In this document: positions 17,073 to 24,899 of the stretch, one piece after another
How positions within the stretch are numbered: the first letter of the stretch is position 1
Layout of the letters: each line of letters starts with the position of its first letter
Assembly (NCBI GenBank): GCA_016935525.1
Contig: JAFGQU010000017.1
Location: 73,559-137,558, forward strand
Source of the DNA: Candidatus Omnitrophota bacterium
Lineage (GTDB): Bacteria > Omnitrophota > Gorgyraeia > Duberdicusellales > 4484-171
Direction: 5' to 3'
Length of the DNA: 64,000 nucleotides
Notes under the pieces: generated by a model
What the model was told of the DNA's origin: nothing
Database searches by the model: none
Seen by the model: only the letters and a program-made list of their open reading frames with translations
Made by a program: the position numbers and the translations under genes

Positions 17073-18932
17073 TCACTCGTCTCTGAGGTGGATTATTTTT
17101 TCAAGATGAGCGAGAGCGGCTTTCTCGCCCCGCGTGATAAACTCTTCGATCCTCGAGAATTCCGTCCAGCGCAGGTTTTCCATATCGGGATGTATCACGC
17201 AATCCGCAGCGCTTAGCGCTTTTTCGATAAATTCCCGTTGCATGGTCTCGATACTCCCGAATATAAAATCAAAGATGGTAAGCTTACCGATAGAAGTCTT
17301 GCGGTATTCCCGGACAATTTCCTCTCGGGAAGGAGTAACGTTTACCGCGATGATCTTTTTCGCGTAATCAGTAACGGAATTTACCGGGACCGGGTTAAGG
17401 ACTCCTCCGTCAAGTAATATAGTATCTTCAAAAAGTATCGGTTCGACCAATCCGGGCATGGCGCAACTCGCCGCAACCGCTTTGTATACCAACCCTTCTT
17501 CGATTATGTGCGACTGCCGTTTCAGGAAATCAAAAGCGACAATACGTAATTGGGTATTGGTACAACTGAAATCTTTCTCAGCAAACACATTCCTCAAGAA
17601 AGCCTCTACTTTCTTCGCTTTAAAAAACCCTTTAAGGGGTAACGTGAAAAAAGAAAACGGGCTTACCCTGATTAGCCGGCCGAATTCAGCCGCATACCGC
17701 GTAATATCCTCATCAGAATACCCCAGGGCCCATAACGCGGCGATCAATGCCCCCATGCTCGACCCGGAAAGGATATCGATAGGCACCTTATGGGCCCGTA
17801 AGACTTTTAACACTCCGATATGAGCGTATCCAAACGCCCCTCCCGAGCCAAGGACGATCCCGATGGTCTTCTCCCCCAGGCTGCGAGCAAGTTTTTTTAA
17901 AAAATAGGGGTATCTCGAAGAATCCGCCTCCGGGAGAACCGGCCGGACGGCAGCCGGAGCAATCTCCTGACCGGATAGGTCCAGTACATTCATTCTTCCT
18001 TTTCTTTTTTCCAGGATCTGTTCTATCCTGTGGATCACCATGAGTTCGGAAGATCTCTCGATAGACAGGAAATAGACGACATGAGCCATATGTACCAATT
18101 CTAATAAGCTTTCCTGGGCTAACGGCGGTAACGTATAAAATATAAAATGGTAATTTTCGGCGAGATAATTGAATAAAGCGAATATCGGCCCGATCTCCGC
18201 TAAAGGAACTTTTACGCAGAGAATGTCTATGCCTTGGTGACGAAAAATATAACGGCCTAACGATTCTTCTTCAAATCGTACAACGTCTAATACCGCGGGC
18301 ATCTGACCGACACACTCAGTCATGGCAAAGGCGCCGTCAAAAGAGATCTCAACCGCTATTATTTTTCGTCGAGTCTGGACGGACAGTTCTCGCGATACAT
18401 CTACGAGAAACCGGATACGTTGTGGGGAATCAGTCGAGCTGACCGCGCTTATTGTCAATGATTGAAATATTTTTTTGGGCCGGCCGCTGCGTTTTTTGAC
18501 CCGTTTAGAAAGCATCTGCGAAAAATCGAACGCAAGATGAGGCGAACGCATGAGAAATTTCCTGAACTTCTCTTTTTCAATAGTAAGCACCAGCGAATTC
18601 TCGATAGCTTTTACCGTGACCGAATGAGGTTCTTCGGTCAAAACCGAAATAATGCCGAACGGTTTCCCCTTTTTGATCAATTCTATCTCGACTTCTTCGG
18701 TGCCTTGCGAGGATAAAGCCATTAATCTTCCTTTTATCAGAATATAGATACTATCAGGCGCAGCTCCTTCTTCATAGACGATCTGGCCCGCTTTATATTC
18801 TTTGGTCTCGGTGACGGCAAATATCTTATCGAGCTGTTTTGGAGTCAGCTTAGTAAACGGGTGTGTCCGGGCAAGTATCTCTTTAACTAACAATTCCATT
18901 TTGTTCACAAATCTGTTTGTACCGGCGGGCAA
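17073..18932 (-). CDS. Cyclic-nucleotide-binding-domain-containing patatin-like phospholipase
   Basis: N-terminal CAP/cNMP-binding domain (residues ~15-130). C-terminal patatin domain with an oxyanion/Gly-rich motif (GIVLGSGGAFGYAHIGVL), the nucleophile elbow GSSMG and the catalytic Asp motif LLDGGVLNPVP. Confidence 0.8.
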   Translation of the reverse strand: MPAGTNRFVNKMELLVKEILARTHPFTKLTPKQLDKIFAVTETKEYKAGQIVYEEGAAPDSIYILIKGRLMALSSQGTEEVEIELIKKGKPFGIISVLTEEPHSVTVKAIENSLVLTIEKEKFRKFLMRSPHLAFDFSQMLSKRVKKRSGRPKKIFQSLTISAVSSTDSPQRIRFLVDVSRELSVQTRRKIIAVEISFDGAFAMTECVGQMPAVLDVVRFEEESLGRYIFRHQGIDILCVKVPLAEIGPIFALFNYLAENYHFIFYTLPPLAQESLLELVHMAHVVYFLSIERSSELMVIHRIEQILEKRKGRMNVLDLSGQEIAPAAVRPVLPEADSSRYPYFLKKLARSLGEKTIGIVLGSGGAFGYAHIGVLKVLRAHKVPIDILSGSSMGALIAALWALGYSDEDITRYAAEFGRLIRVSPFSFFTLPLKGFFKAKKVEAFLRNVFAEKDFSCTNTQLRIVAFDFLKRQSHIIEEGLVYKAVAASCAMPGLVEPILFEDTILLDGGVLNPVPVNSVTDYAKKIIAVNVTPSREEIVREYRKTSIGKLTIFDFIFGSIETMQREFIEKALSAADCVIHPDMENLRWTEFSRIEEFITRGEKAALAHLEKIIHLRDE

Positions 18933-20088
18933 ACGGTCTTATTTTTCTTTGAAAATTATCGAAATCGACTTCGATCAATCCGAAACGATGAGCATACCCT
19001 TTATCCCACTCAAAATTATCTAAAAGCGACCACCAGAAATATCCGCGAATATCCGCCTTATTTGCCAATCCTTTTGCCATTGCCGTGACGTGTTCAATAA
19101 GATACCGTTCATATAAAGCGTCATCGGTTTCAGTCGTACCGTTCTCGGTGATAATAAGCGGAAGTGTATACCTACGGTATACACACATCAGTATTTTCAA
19201 AAAACCTTCGGCACTTACCCGCCAGCCTAAGGTGTTTTTACGCTCGGGGTGATGAGCAAGACGGCATTCTTTTCCGAAAAAAGAAAGGGCGGGACGGACA
19301 TATTCTTTACAATAATAATTTACTCCCAGAAAATCGAGAGCGTTTTTTTTCATGCAAGCATCGAGGAAACGATAGTTGAAAAAGTATGAACGTAATCCGG
19401 CAAAAAGATGGGTAAGCCCCACCCCGGTATACCGGCAAGGATCAAAAACCCGGACATGTTTGGCGATACTGACTAAAGAGGATGGTTTTATCCGTTTGAT
19501 CTCCTGATAGGCAGTAATATACGCACTCAGGAGGTTATTGTACACACCTTTGGCAACGCGTAATGAGCTCACCCCCGGCGGCCAGATCCCTTGAATAAAA
19601 CCGTTATATATATATACTAACGGTTCGTTGAATACGATCCAGTAATCAATCGTCTCGCCCAATTCCTTGACCGCGGTTATTACATATTTCAGGAAAAAAT
19701 CGATGTTACGGGCTGATTGCCAACCGCCCTGTTCTATAAACCAGGCCGGATTGGTAAAATGATGAAGCGTCACCAACGGGATAAGGTTGTGTCTTTTGAG
19801 TGAAGAAAAAACCTGACGGTAATGCTCGATCGCCTTTTGAGAAAAAGTGCGGTTTTCAGGGCAGATACGGGCCCATTCTAAAGATAAACGGATCGATTTC
19901 TGAGAAAGCGATCGAGCGAGTGCGAAATCCTGATCGAATAAATGATAATGCCGGCAGGCATCGCCTGCCGGCATAAGATTCCTGGTTTGTTCCCACCGAT
20001 ACCAATCGGCAGTAAAGTTCTGACCTTCAGTCTGATAACTGGAGATACTCGATCCCCACAAAAAATCGGGAGGAAACCCGCATTTCAT
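18883..20088 (-). CDS. Glycoside hydrolase family 1 (beta-glucosidase-like)
   Basis: GH1 hallmarks are present: the FLWGSSISSYQTEG N-terminus, the acid/base NEP motif (VFNEPLV) and the nucleophile ITENG. Confidence 0.85.
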   Translation of the reverse strand: MKCGFPPDFLWGSSISSYQTEGQNFTADWYRWEQTRNLMPAGDACRHYHLFDQDFALARSLSQKSIRLSLEWARICPENRTFSQKAIEHYRQVFSSLKRHNLIPLVTLHHFTNPAWFIEQGGWQSARNIDFFLKYVITAVKELGETIDYWIVFNEPLVYIYNGFIQGIWPPGVSSLRVAKGVYNNLLSAYITAYQEIKRIKPSSLVSIAKHVRVFDPCRYTGVGLTHLFAGLRSYFFNYRFLDACMKKNALDFLGVNYYCKEYVRPALSFFGKECRLAHHPERKNTLGWRVSAEGFLKILMCVYRRYTLPLIITENGTTETDDALYERYLIEHVTAMAKGLANKADIRGYFWWSLLDNFEWDKGYAHRFGLIEVDFDNFQRKIRPFARRYKQICEQNGIVS

Positions 20089-20095
20089 TTAATGG

Positions 20096-20524
20096 TTATT
20101 TTGAAAGGATCTCCAACGCTTTATCGTTATTGTCCGATGAGAAAATAATCGAAGCCTCATTCTGAGAACTTGACGTAGACCCGTAGATGTATTTTAAATC
20201 GACTCCCGCATTCTTTAATTTCAACGATATCCCGCACAATTCGCCTACTTTATCCGGCATCTCCACAATCACGACTTCTTTGATCTCAACGGTACACCCA
20301 CTTCCGGTCAACACATCTTTCGCTTTATTATTATCAGAGGTAATAATCCGGAAATAAGCTTTATCATCGACCACATAAGCAGACACCGCACGCACGTTGA
20401 TCGCTTCATCACGCAGCCGTTCGGAAATATCTTCCAGAGTACCTACTTCATTCGGAGCCGTCACGAACAATTCATTACCTTTTACCGCTTTCACACTACA
20501 CCTTCCTTTCTTCCAAAGGGTCAC
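20096..20524 (-). CDS. Tandem ACT-domain small-molecule-binding protein
   Basis: Two ~65-aa beta-alpha-beta-beta-alpha-beta ACT-like repeats (VTAPNEVGTLEDISERL... and VEMPDKVGELCGISLKL...). Confidence 0.6.
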   Translation of the reverse strand: MTLWKKGRCSVKAVKGNELFVTAPNEVGTLEDISERLRDEAINVRAVSAYVVDDKAYFRIITSDNNKAKDVLTGSGCTVEIKEVVIVEMPDKVGELCGISLKLKNAGVDLKYIYGSTSSSQNEASIIFSSDNNDKALEILSK

Positions 20525-20730
20525 ATAGACACATAGTCACACGTATGCCTTCGGCAAGTCACAAGGTCACATAGTCACATGGTCACACGTGAATAAAAAT
20601 ACGTGTGTCATGTGACGTGTAACGTGTGACTGCCTGCGTAGCAGGCGTTCGTGTGACGTGCTTACCCCGTTGCGCAAGCTCACGGGGTGTCGTGTGACTA
20701 GCCGGACGATAGACCGGCGTGTGACCTTCC
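20515..20730. repeat. Largest GTCACA/TGTGAC repeat cluster (~215 bp) with embedded GC hairpins
   Basis: The left arm is gtcacatag/acacatag/tcacacgt/gtcacaag/gtcacatag/tcacatgg/tcacacgtg (period 8-9 nt). The right arm is tgtgac units with hairpins GCCTGCgtaGCAGGC, CCCCGttgcgcaagctcaCGGGG and CCGGacgatagaCCGG. The 25-mer gtcacatagacacatagtcacacgt recurs identically at 24279. Confidence 0.85.
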
Positions 20731-20732
20731 AT

Positions 20733-21032
20733 TTACATATCCAATAATTTTCTCGCGCCGTCTTTAGAAAGAGCTTTTTTGAAATCTTCAAAATCAATAA
20801 ACGAACACCGCGGATGTTTCTGGCAGAAACGGATAAGGACATTGGCATCAACCTTACGGCGAAACCCCACATATTTGAAAAAAGCCCGGCATTGAGGGCA
20901 CGCATCAAGATTGAGGTCAAGCCCGATGGCATGACAATGATAACATTCCGCCGATAACTCGCCTACCACCATCAGATGCTGTTCGATATCTTTTATGTCG
21001 GCTTCCTGCCAGATACGTAAGAAGGCCTTCAT
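20733..21032 (-). CDS. Small Cys-rich (zinc-ribbon-like) hypothetical protein
   Basis: A 99-aa protein with CYHCH...CPQC plus further Cys/His residues (FCQKHPRC) and no recognised family. It overlaps the LOG gene by 4 nt. Confidence 0.45.
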   Translation of the reverse strand: MKAFLRIWQEADIKDIEQHLMVVGELSAECYHCHAIGLDLNLDACPQCRAFFKYVGFRRKVDANVLIRFCQKHPRCSFIDFEDFKKALSKDGARKLLDM

Positions 21033-21691
21033 TTTTTATGTTTCTTATAGAATTGGTTGATCGCGGCAAGTACCTGCCCGGGAGTATCGACTACGGTAAA
21101 GTGGCTGAAATCCTTTTGGATCAAAGGGCCGGATTTAAACACTTCCTCTTTCAGCCAATGGATCAGTCCGGACCAGAACTTTTTATTTACCAGAACGATC
21201 GGAAACGGCCGGATCCGTTCGGTCTGAACCAGCGCTAATCCTTCGAATAGCTCATCCATGGTGCCGAACCCGCCCGGAAACACCACAAACGCGCAGGAAT
21301 ATTTGGCAAACATCACTTTACGGATAAAGAAATAACGAAACTCCAAAAGGTAATTGATATAGGGATTAGTCGTCTGTTGTTCGGGAATCAGGATATTCAG
21401 CCCTATAGAATCCTGAGAGCCGCGTTTAGGGCTAAACGCTCCTCTATTGGCCGCCTCCATGATCCCCGGGCCGGCGCCGGTAATAACCTGATATTTCTTC
21501 TCTACCAGTAATTTTGCCGTTTTATAGGCGGTTTTATAATTAGGATCGTCTTCGGGAGTGCGTTTAGAACCGAAAATAGCGACTCCTTTTTTTACTACCG
21601 AAAGCCCTTCAAACCCTTCGACAAATTCGCTCATGATGCGAAATACCCGCCAGGTGTCCTGTTTGATAAAATTGTATTCGTACTTATCCAT
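21029..21691 (-). CDS. LOG-family protein (cytokinin riboside 5'-monophosphate phosphoribohydrolase-like, TIGR00730)
   Basis: The VAIFGSKRT, ITGAGPGIMEAANRGA and PGGFGTMDELFE motifs are characteristic of the LOG/Rossmann-fold family. Confidence 0.85.
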   Translation of the reverse strand: MDKYEYNFIKQDTWRVFRIMSEFVEGFEGLSVVKKGVAIFGSKRTPEDDPNYKTAYKTAKLLVEKKYQVITGAGPGIMEAANRGAFSPKRGSQDSIGLNILIPEQQTTNPYINYLLEFRYFFIRKVMFAKYSCAFVVFPGGFGTMDELFEGLALVQTERIRPFPIVLVNKKFWSGLIHWLKEEVFKSGPLIQKDFSHFTVVDTPGQVLAAINQFYKKHKK

Positions 21692-21711
21692 TTTTATGTG
21701 CTCCTTTTGAT

Positions 21712-22038
21712 TTATATCACCAGTTTGGCGGCGATATCGCTTACCAGAGGGATCTTTACCGGCTTTCCGGTAAGGGCGTTGTAGATCCCTACCAGCGAAA
21801 GGATAAAGAACAACAACATTCCCAGTTTAGAAAAAAGACTGCCGAACAATACCGCAAGAAACGCGAAGATCACCTCGCCGACAAAGATCACCAGGCCCTG
21901 ACGGGCATGGTAGTGGGCGAATTTATTGTCTTTTTGAAAAAGGAATACGAGGATCCATAAAAAGAAGATATACGACAACGCTCCCAATCCCGCCCCTTCT
22001 CTTATTTCTTTATCGCTAAATTTCAACTCTGCCATCAT
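21712..22038 (-). CDS. Small membrane protein, DUF4870-like
   Basis: A 108-aa protein with three predicted transmembrane helices and the conserved AHYHARQGL motif. Confidence 0.55.
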   Translation of the reverse strand: MMAELKFSDKEIREGAGLGALSYIFFLWILVFLFQKDNKFAHYHARQGLVIFVGEVIFAFLAVLFGSLFSKLGMLLFFILSLVGIYNALTGKPVKIPLVSDIAAKLVI

Positions 22039-22122
22039 CGCCTCCTTTTTTATGTACAGTTCATAGTGCCAACAGGTATATTATGTTATTATACCGGAAA
22101 TACCGCTTGCCGCAAGAAGTTA

Positions 22123-22216
22123 GTCAATGGTCGATAGTCCATAGACGATAGAGAATATACTACAGACTATGGACAATTGACTACGGTCTATGACTATGGT
22201 CCACGGACTATGGACT
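22123..22216. repeat. CTATGGAC/GTCCATAG oligonucleotide-repeat cluster
   Basis: The left arm is gtcaatgGTCgATAGTCCATAGacgatag. The right arm is CTATGGACaattgactacggtCTATGaCTATGGtCcacggaCTATGGAC. Arm orientations are inverted. Confidence 0.8.
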
Positions 22217-22228
22217 TTATCCCCCACC

Positions 22229-22277
22229 CAAAAAAGACAAAAAAATACCCCTGGAAAATGAATGTTTCCAGGGGTAT
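22229..22277 (-). terminator. Rho-independent terminator downstream of the outer-membrane-protein gene
   Basis: A perfect hairpin ATACCCCTGG-(13 nt)-CCAGGGGTAT is followed on the minus strand by a U-run (plus-strand aaaaaagacaaaaaaat). Confidence 0.75.
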
Positions 22278-22292
22278 AAAACTTCTCTATAC

Positions 22293-23621
22293 TTAGAAGG
22301 TTACTTTCATCGATGCTACGGCCTGAGTCGCAGTGTCATCGTTTACTTCGTTAAACGCGTCTCCCGGGAAGAAGAAATCCATATCTAATCCGAGTTGTAC
22401 GTCTTCGGTATAATCATAACGTAACCCCAGATCAAGTTCGTTACCTAACGCTTTGCTGTCATCCATAACGTAGGTCGCATAGTTATTGACCAGCTGACCG
22501 GTCATAACTTCATCGACCAGACGCAGATTAACATAGCGTATTGACGCCATCAGGTCTTCTCTGGGTTTCGCGGTCAAGGTCAATCCGATAGTAGAAATAT
22601 TCATGTTGGGGAAAATAGCGTTGGCGATATGAGCTACCGTGAGGTCTTCATACATCGGGTCCCAGTTTCTTGAAAAGTAGGCCCAGTCAACGCCGATAGT
22701 AGGTACCCAATCGATATCGAGAAACGCGTAGTTCGCGCCGACCAGAACGGCAATGTCACTGGAATGTTTTCCGTCAGCACGGATCCCACCACCAGCCGGA
22801 TCACCTTTTTTGGTCTGATACGCGAATTCACCGACAAGCGTAAGCGCGTCCAGAGGGTTGGCTACCCAGCGGGTACCGATTACATTAGTAATATCTTTGG
22901 CGGCATTTTTTCTCTGGTCATTCTTAGATACGACGTAGACTTCTCCGATAAGGTTCGCATCAAAATCATAACCGACATTCACAAACATCGTGTTGGTATC
23001 ATCAATCGATGTAGTGACCGCTTCGGTATCTTTGATATACCCTACCGTGATCGTCATCGGAGCAAGATCGATAATGCCGACGATAGCATCAAACGCTTTA
23101 CGGGCGCTGAAATCATCAAGGCCGCTCATCACAAGCTGTGAACCGGCATTGGTTCCGGCAAGAGATACATAGGGATTATAAGAATTGGTGTAAGGATCAC
23201 CAATGATCATTCCCTGACCTAACTTGATCTCCTGACGTCCGACTTTTAAGGTGACCGGATAACCAAGAAAATCTTTCAAGGTCACATAGGCCAGATCGAT
23301 ATCGACTCCGGTATCCTGAGCGCCTCCGGCAGCTTCAGTATCAATCGTACCCCACAATCTCTCATTGAGCAAGCGTAAGGTGACCATGACGTCTTCAGTC
23401 AGGTCGGCATCAAACTGTAACCGGATAGCGCTTAATCCCACATCGATCCCGTCATTAGGCTGAGCCACACCGTCTAAACCGAAATCGAAATCGCCGCGGT
23501 GTATCCCATACGCCGAGATATCTCCACTTACTTTAATGTTCTCTACCGCAGCAAAACTTGATGCCGCAAGGCTCAAGCTGAAAATCGCTGCAAGAATAAT
23601 TAACTTCTTTACCATTCTCAT
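22293..23621 (-). CDS. Outer-membrane beta-barrel protein (porin-like), secreted
   Basis: A signal peptide (MRMVKKLIILAAIFSLSLAASSFA), alternating amphipathic beta-strand pattern, aromatic girdle residues and a C-terminal ...KVTF ending typical of OMP beta-barrels. Confidence 0.65.
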   Translation of the reverse strand: MRMVKKLIILAAIFSLSLAASSFAAVENIKVSGDISAYGIHRGDFDFGLDGVAQPNDGIDVGLSAIRLQFDADLTEDVMVTLRLLNERLWGTIDTEAAGGAQDTGVDIDLAYVTLKDFLGYPVTLKVGRQEIKLGQGMIIGDPYTNSYNPYVSLAGTNAGSQLVMSGLDDFSARKAFDAIVGIIDLAPMTITVGYIKDTEAVTTSIDDTNTMFVNVGYDFDANLIGEVYVVSKNDQRKNAAKDITNVIGTRWVANPLDALTLVGEFAYQTKKGDPAGGGIRADGKHSSDIAVLVGANYAFLDIDWVPTIGVDWAYFSRNWDPMYEDLTVAHIANAIFPNMNISTIGLTLTAKPREDLMASIRYVNLRLVDEVMTGQLVNNYATYVMDDSKALGNELDLGLRYDYTEDVQLGLDMDFFFPGDAFNEVNDDTATQAVASMKVTF

Positions 23622-24199
23622 ACCTCCTTCTTAAGGTACACGTGTGTTCTCCAAGGTATTTATTGCTAACAAGGTAATTAGGCCTTGAAATTCTCTAAAA
23701 CCAATCTATAGTTATATCACCCACTGTGTAGACAATTTCCGGTCGAAATTTTGTGTGTTTGGGATTTTCCTCACCTCCTTTCGTTCGGGGATTGAAACTG
23801 TCTGCGGATGGTATAACCTTAATTTAATTAAGGCTTTCCCTTTTAAACCAAGTCAAAGAACTAAATATTATATTAAATTATAACTAAAACAGTTTTAACA
23901 AAAAACGTACTTATTGTCAAGATATTTTTTGGCGGATACCTCTATCCCTAGCGACCTGCCCCCCATAACCACTATATATCGCTGAGGCAACTGTTTTTTT
24001 CCCTAAAACAATACTCTTTGGCGCCGGCACACATAGATCCCGACGCCTGATTTCAATGATTAAAGAGAGATTACGGTGATTAAAACCCCCAATATCCATC
24101 ATGTCAATCTCTACACGGAAGCGCTTTCACCATTGGCGTGGACACTCCTCCCCGCCTTTTCCTACGCGTTACGCAGAACGCACGACGCGTTACGAGAAG

Positions 24200-24272
24200 T
24201 GTCCCCGGGCCGAATCGAACGGCCATATCAGGCTTAGGAGGCCCGCGCTCTGTCCTTTTGAGCTACGGGGAC
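24200..24272 (-). tRNA. tRNA-Arg (anticodon CCT)
   Basis: Reverse complement begins GTCCCCGTAGCTCAAAAGGACAGAGC. The anticodon stem-loop CGGGC-CTCCTAA-GCCTG gives anticodon CCT. The T-arm is GGCCGTTCGATTCGGCC, the acceptor stem is GTCCCCG/CGGGGAC and the discriminator is A. Confidence 0.8.
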
Positions 24273-24278
24273 AAGCAA

Positions 24279-24376
24279 GGTCACATAGACACATAGTCAC
24301 ACGTTGAAAAAAAACCGTCATTAAGATGGTTAAACCATATACCGACGTGTGACCTTGTGACATGTGTCGTGTGACG
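24279..24376. repeat. GTCACA/TGTGAC repeat cluster between tRNA-Arg and apt
   Basis: ggtcacatagacacatagtcacacgt ... cgtgtgaccttgtgacatgtgtcgtgtgacg. It shares an identical 25-mer with the 20515 cluster. Confidence 0.85.
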
Positions 24377-24380
24377 TTGT

Positions 24381-24899
24381 TTAGAATTTAATGAGAGAGT
24401 AGACCGGGTATCGGTCAAGTTTCTGGCGGCCGCGGAGAAATTCCAGTTCGATGAGGAAAAGAACCCCTACGATCTTGCCTTTCAATCTTTTCGCTAACTT
24501 GACCAACGCTCGCGCCGTACCGCCGGTCGCTAAAAGATCATCGATCACCAGCACCCTTGCTCCCGGCTTAAACGCGTCACGATGGATCTGCAGGGAATCT
24601 TCACCATACTCTAACGCGTAGGTATGGGTATACGTTGCCGCCGGCAATTTCCCCGGTTTACGTACCGGGACAAACCCGCATTTTAATTTATACGCTAACG
24701 CCCCGCCAAAAATAAATCCGCGAGCTTCCGCAGCAACAATATAATCGACTCGTTTCCCTTTTAATATCTTCGCCATCTCATCGATCGCCGATTTAAATGC
24801 CTGAGGATTATTCAAAAGAGTGGTGATATCTTTAAACAAGATACCTTTTTTGGGAAAGTCAGGGATATCCCTTATGGTCTGAGCAAGTTTCTTTTTCAT
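24381..24899 (-). CDS. apt: Adenine phosphoribosyltransferase
   Basis: The PRTase motif VLVIDDLLATGGTA is present with full-length APRT homology. Confidence 0.92.
   Translation of the reverse strand: MKKKLAQTIRDIPDFPKKGILFKDITTLLNNPQAFKSAIDEMAKILKGKRVDYIVAAEARGFIFGGALAYKLKCGFVPVRKPGKLPAATYTHTYALEYGEDSLQIHRDAFKPGARVLVIDDLLATGGTARALVKLAKRLKGKIVGVLFLIELEFLRGRQKLDRYPVYSLIKF

Noticed and set aside
17073-18932. cNMP-patatin as a CBASS-type anti-phage effector
   Set aside because: No CD-NTase/cyclase, no Cap2/Cap3 or other defence genes are adjacent. The CAP-type cNMP domain is typical of housekeeping cNMP-regulated lipases. Kept as a metabolic or regulatory enzyme.
20515-20730. Possible CRISPR array suggested by the many short repeated words (GTCACA etc.)
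   Set aside because: Repeat units are only 6-9 nt with 1-3-nt gaps, occur in both orientations within one cluster, have no regular repeat-spacer periodicity of 25-50 bp, and there are no cas genes in the window.
23780-23800. CRISPR-repeat-like word GGGGATTGAAAC in the OMP upstream region
   Set aside because: It is a single occurrence with no second copy or array. Most likely chance.
24101-24307. 68-aa plus-strand ORF and 61-aa minus ORF (23917-24102)
   Set aside because: They overlap tRNA-Arg and a repeat-rich non-coding region with no coding signal. Considered spurious.
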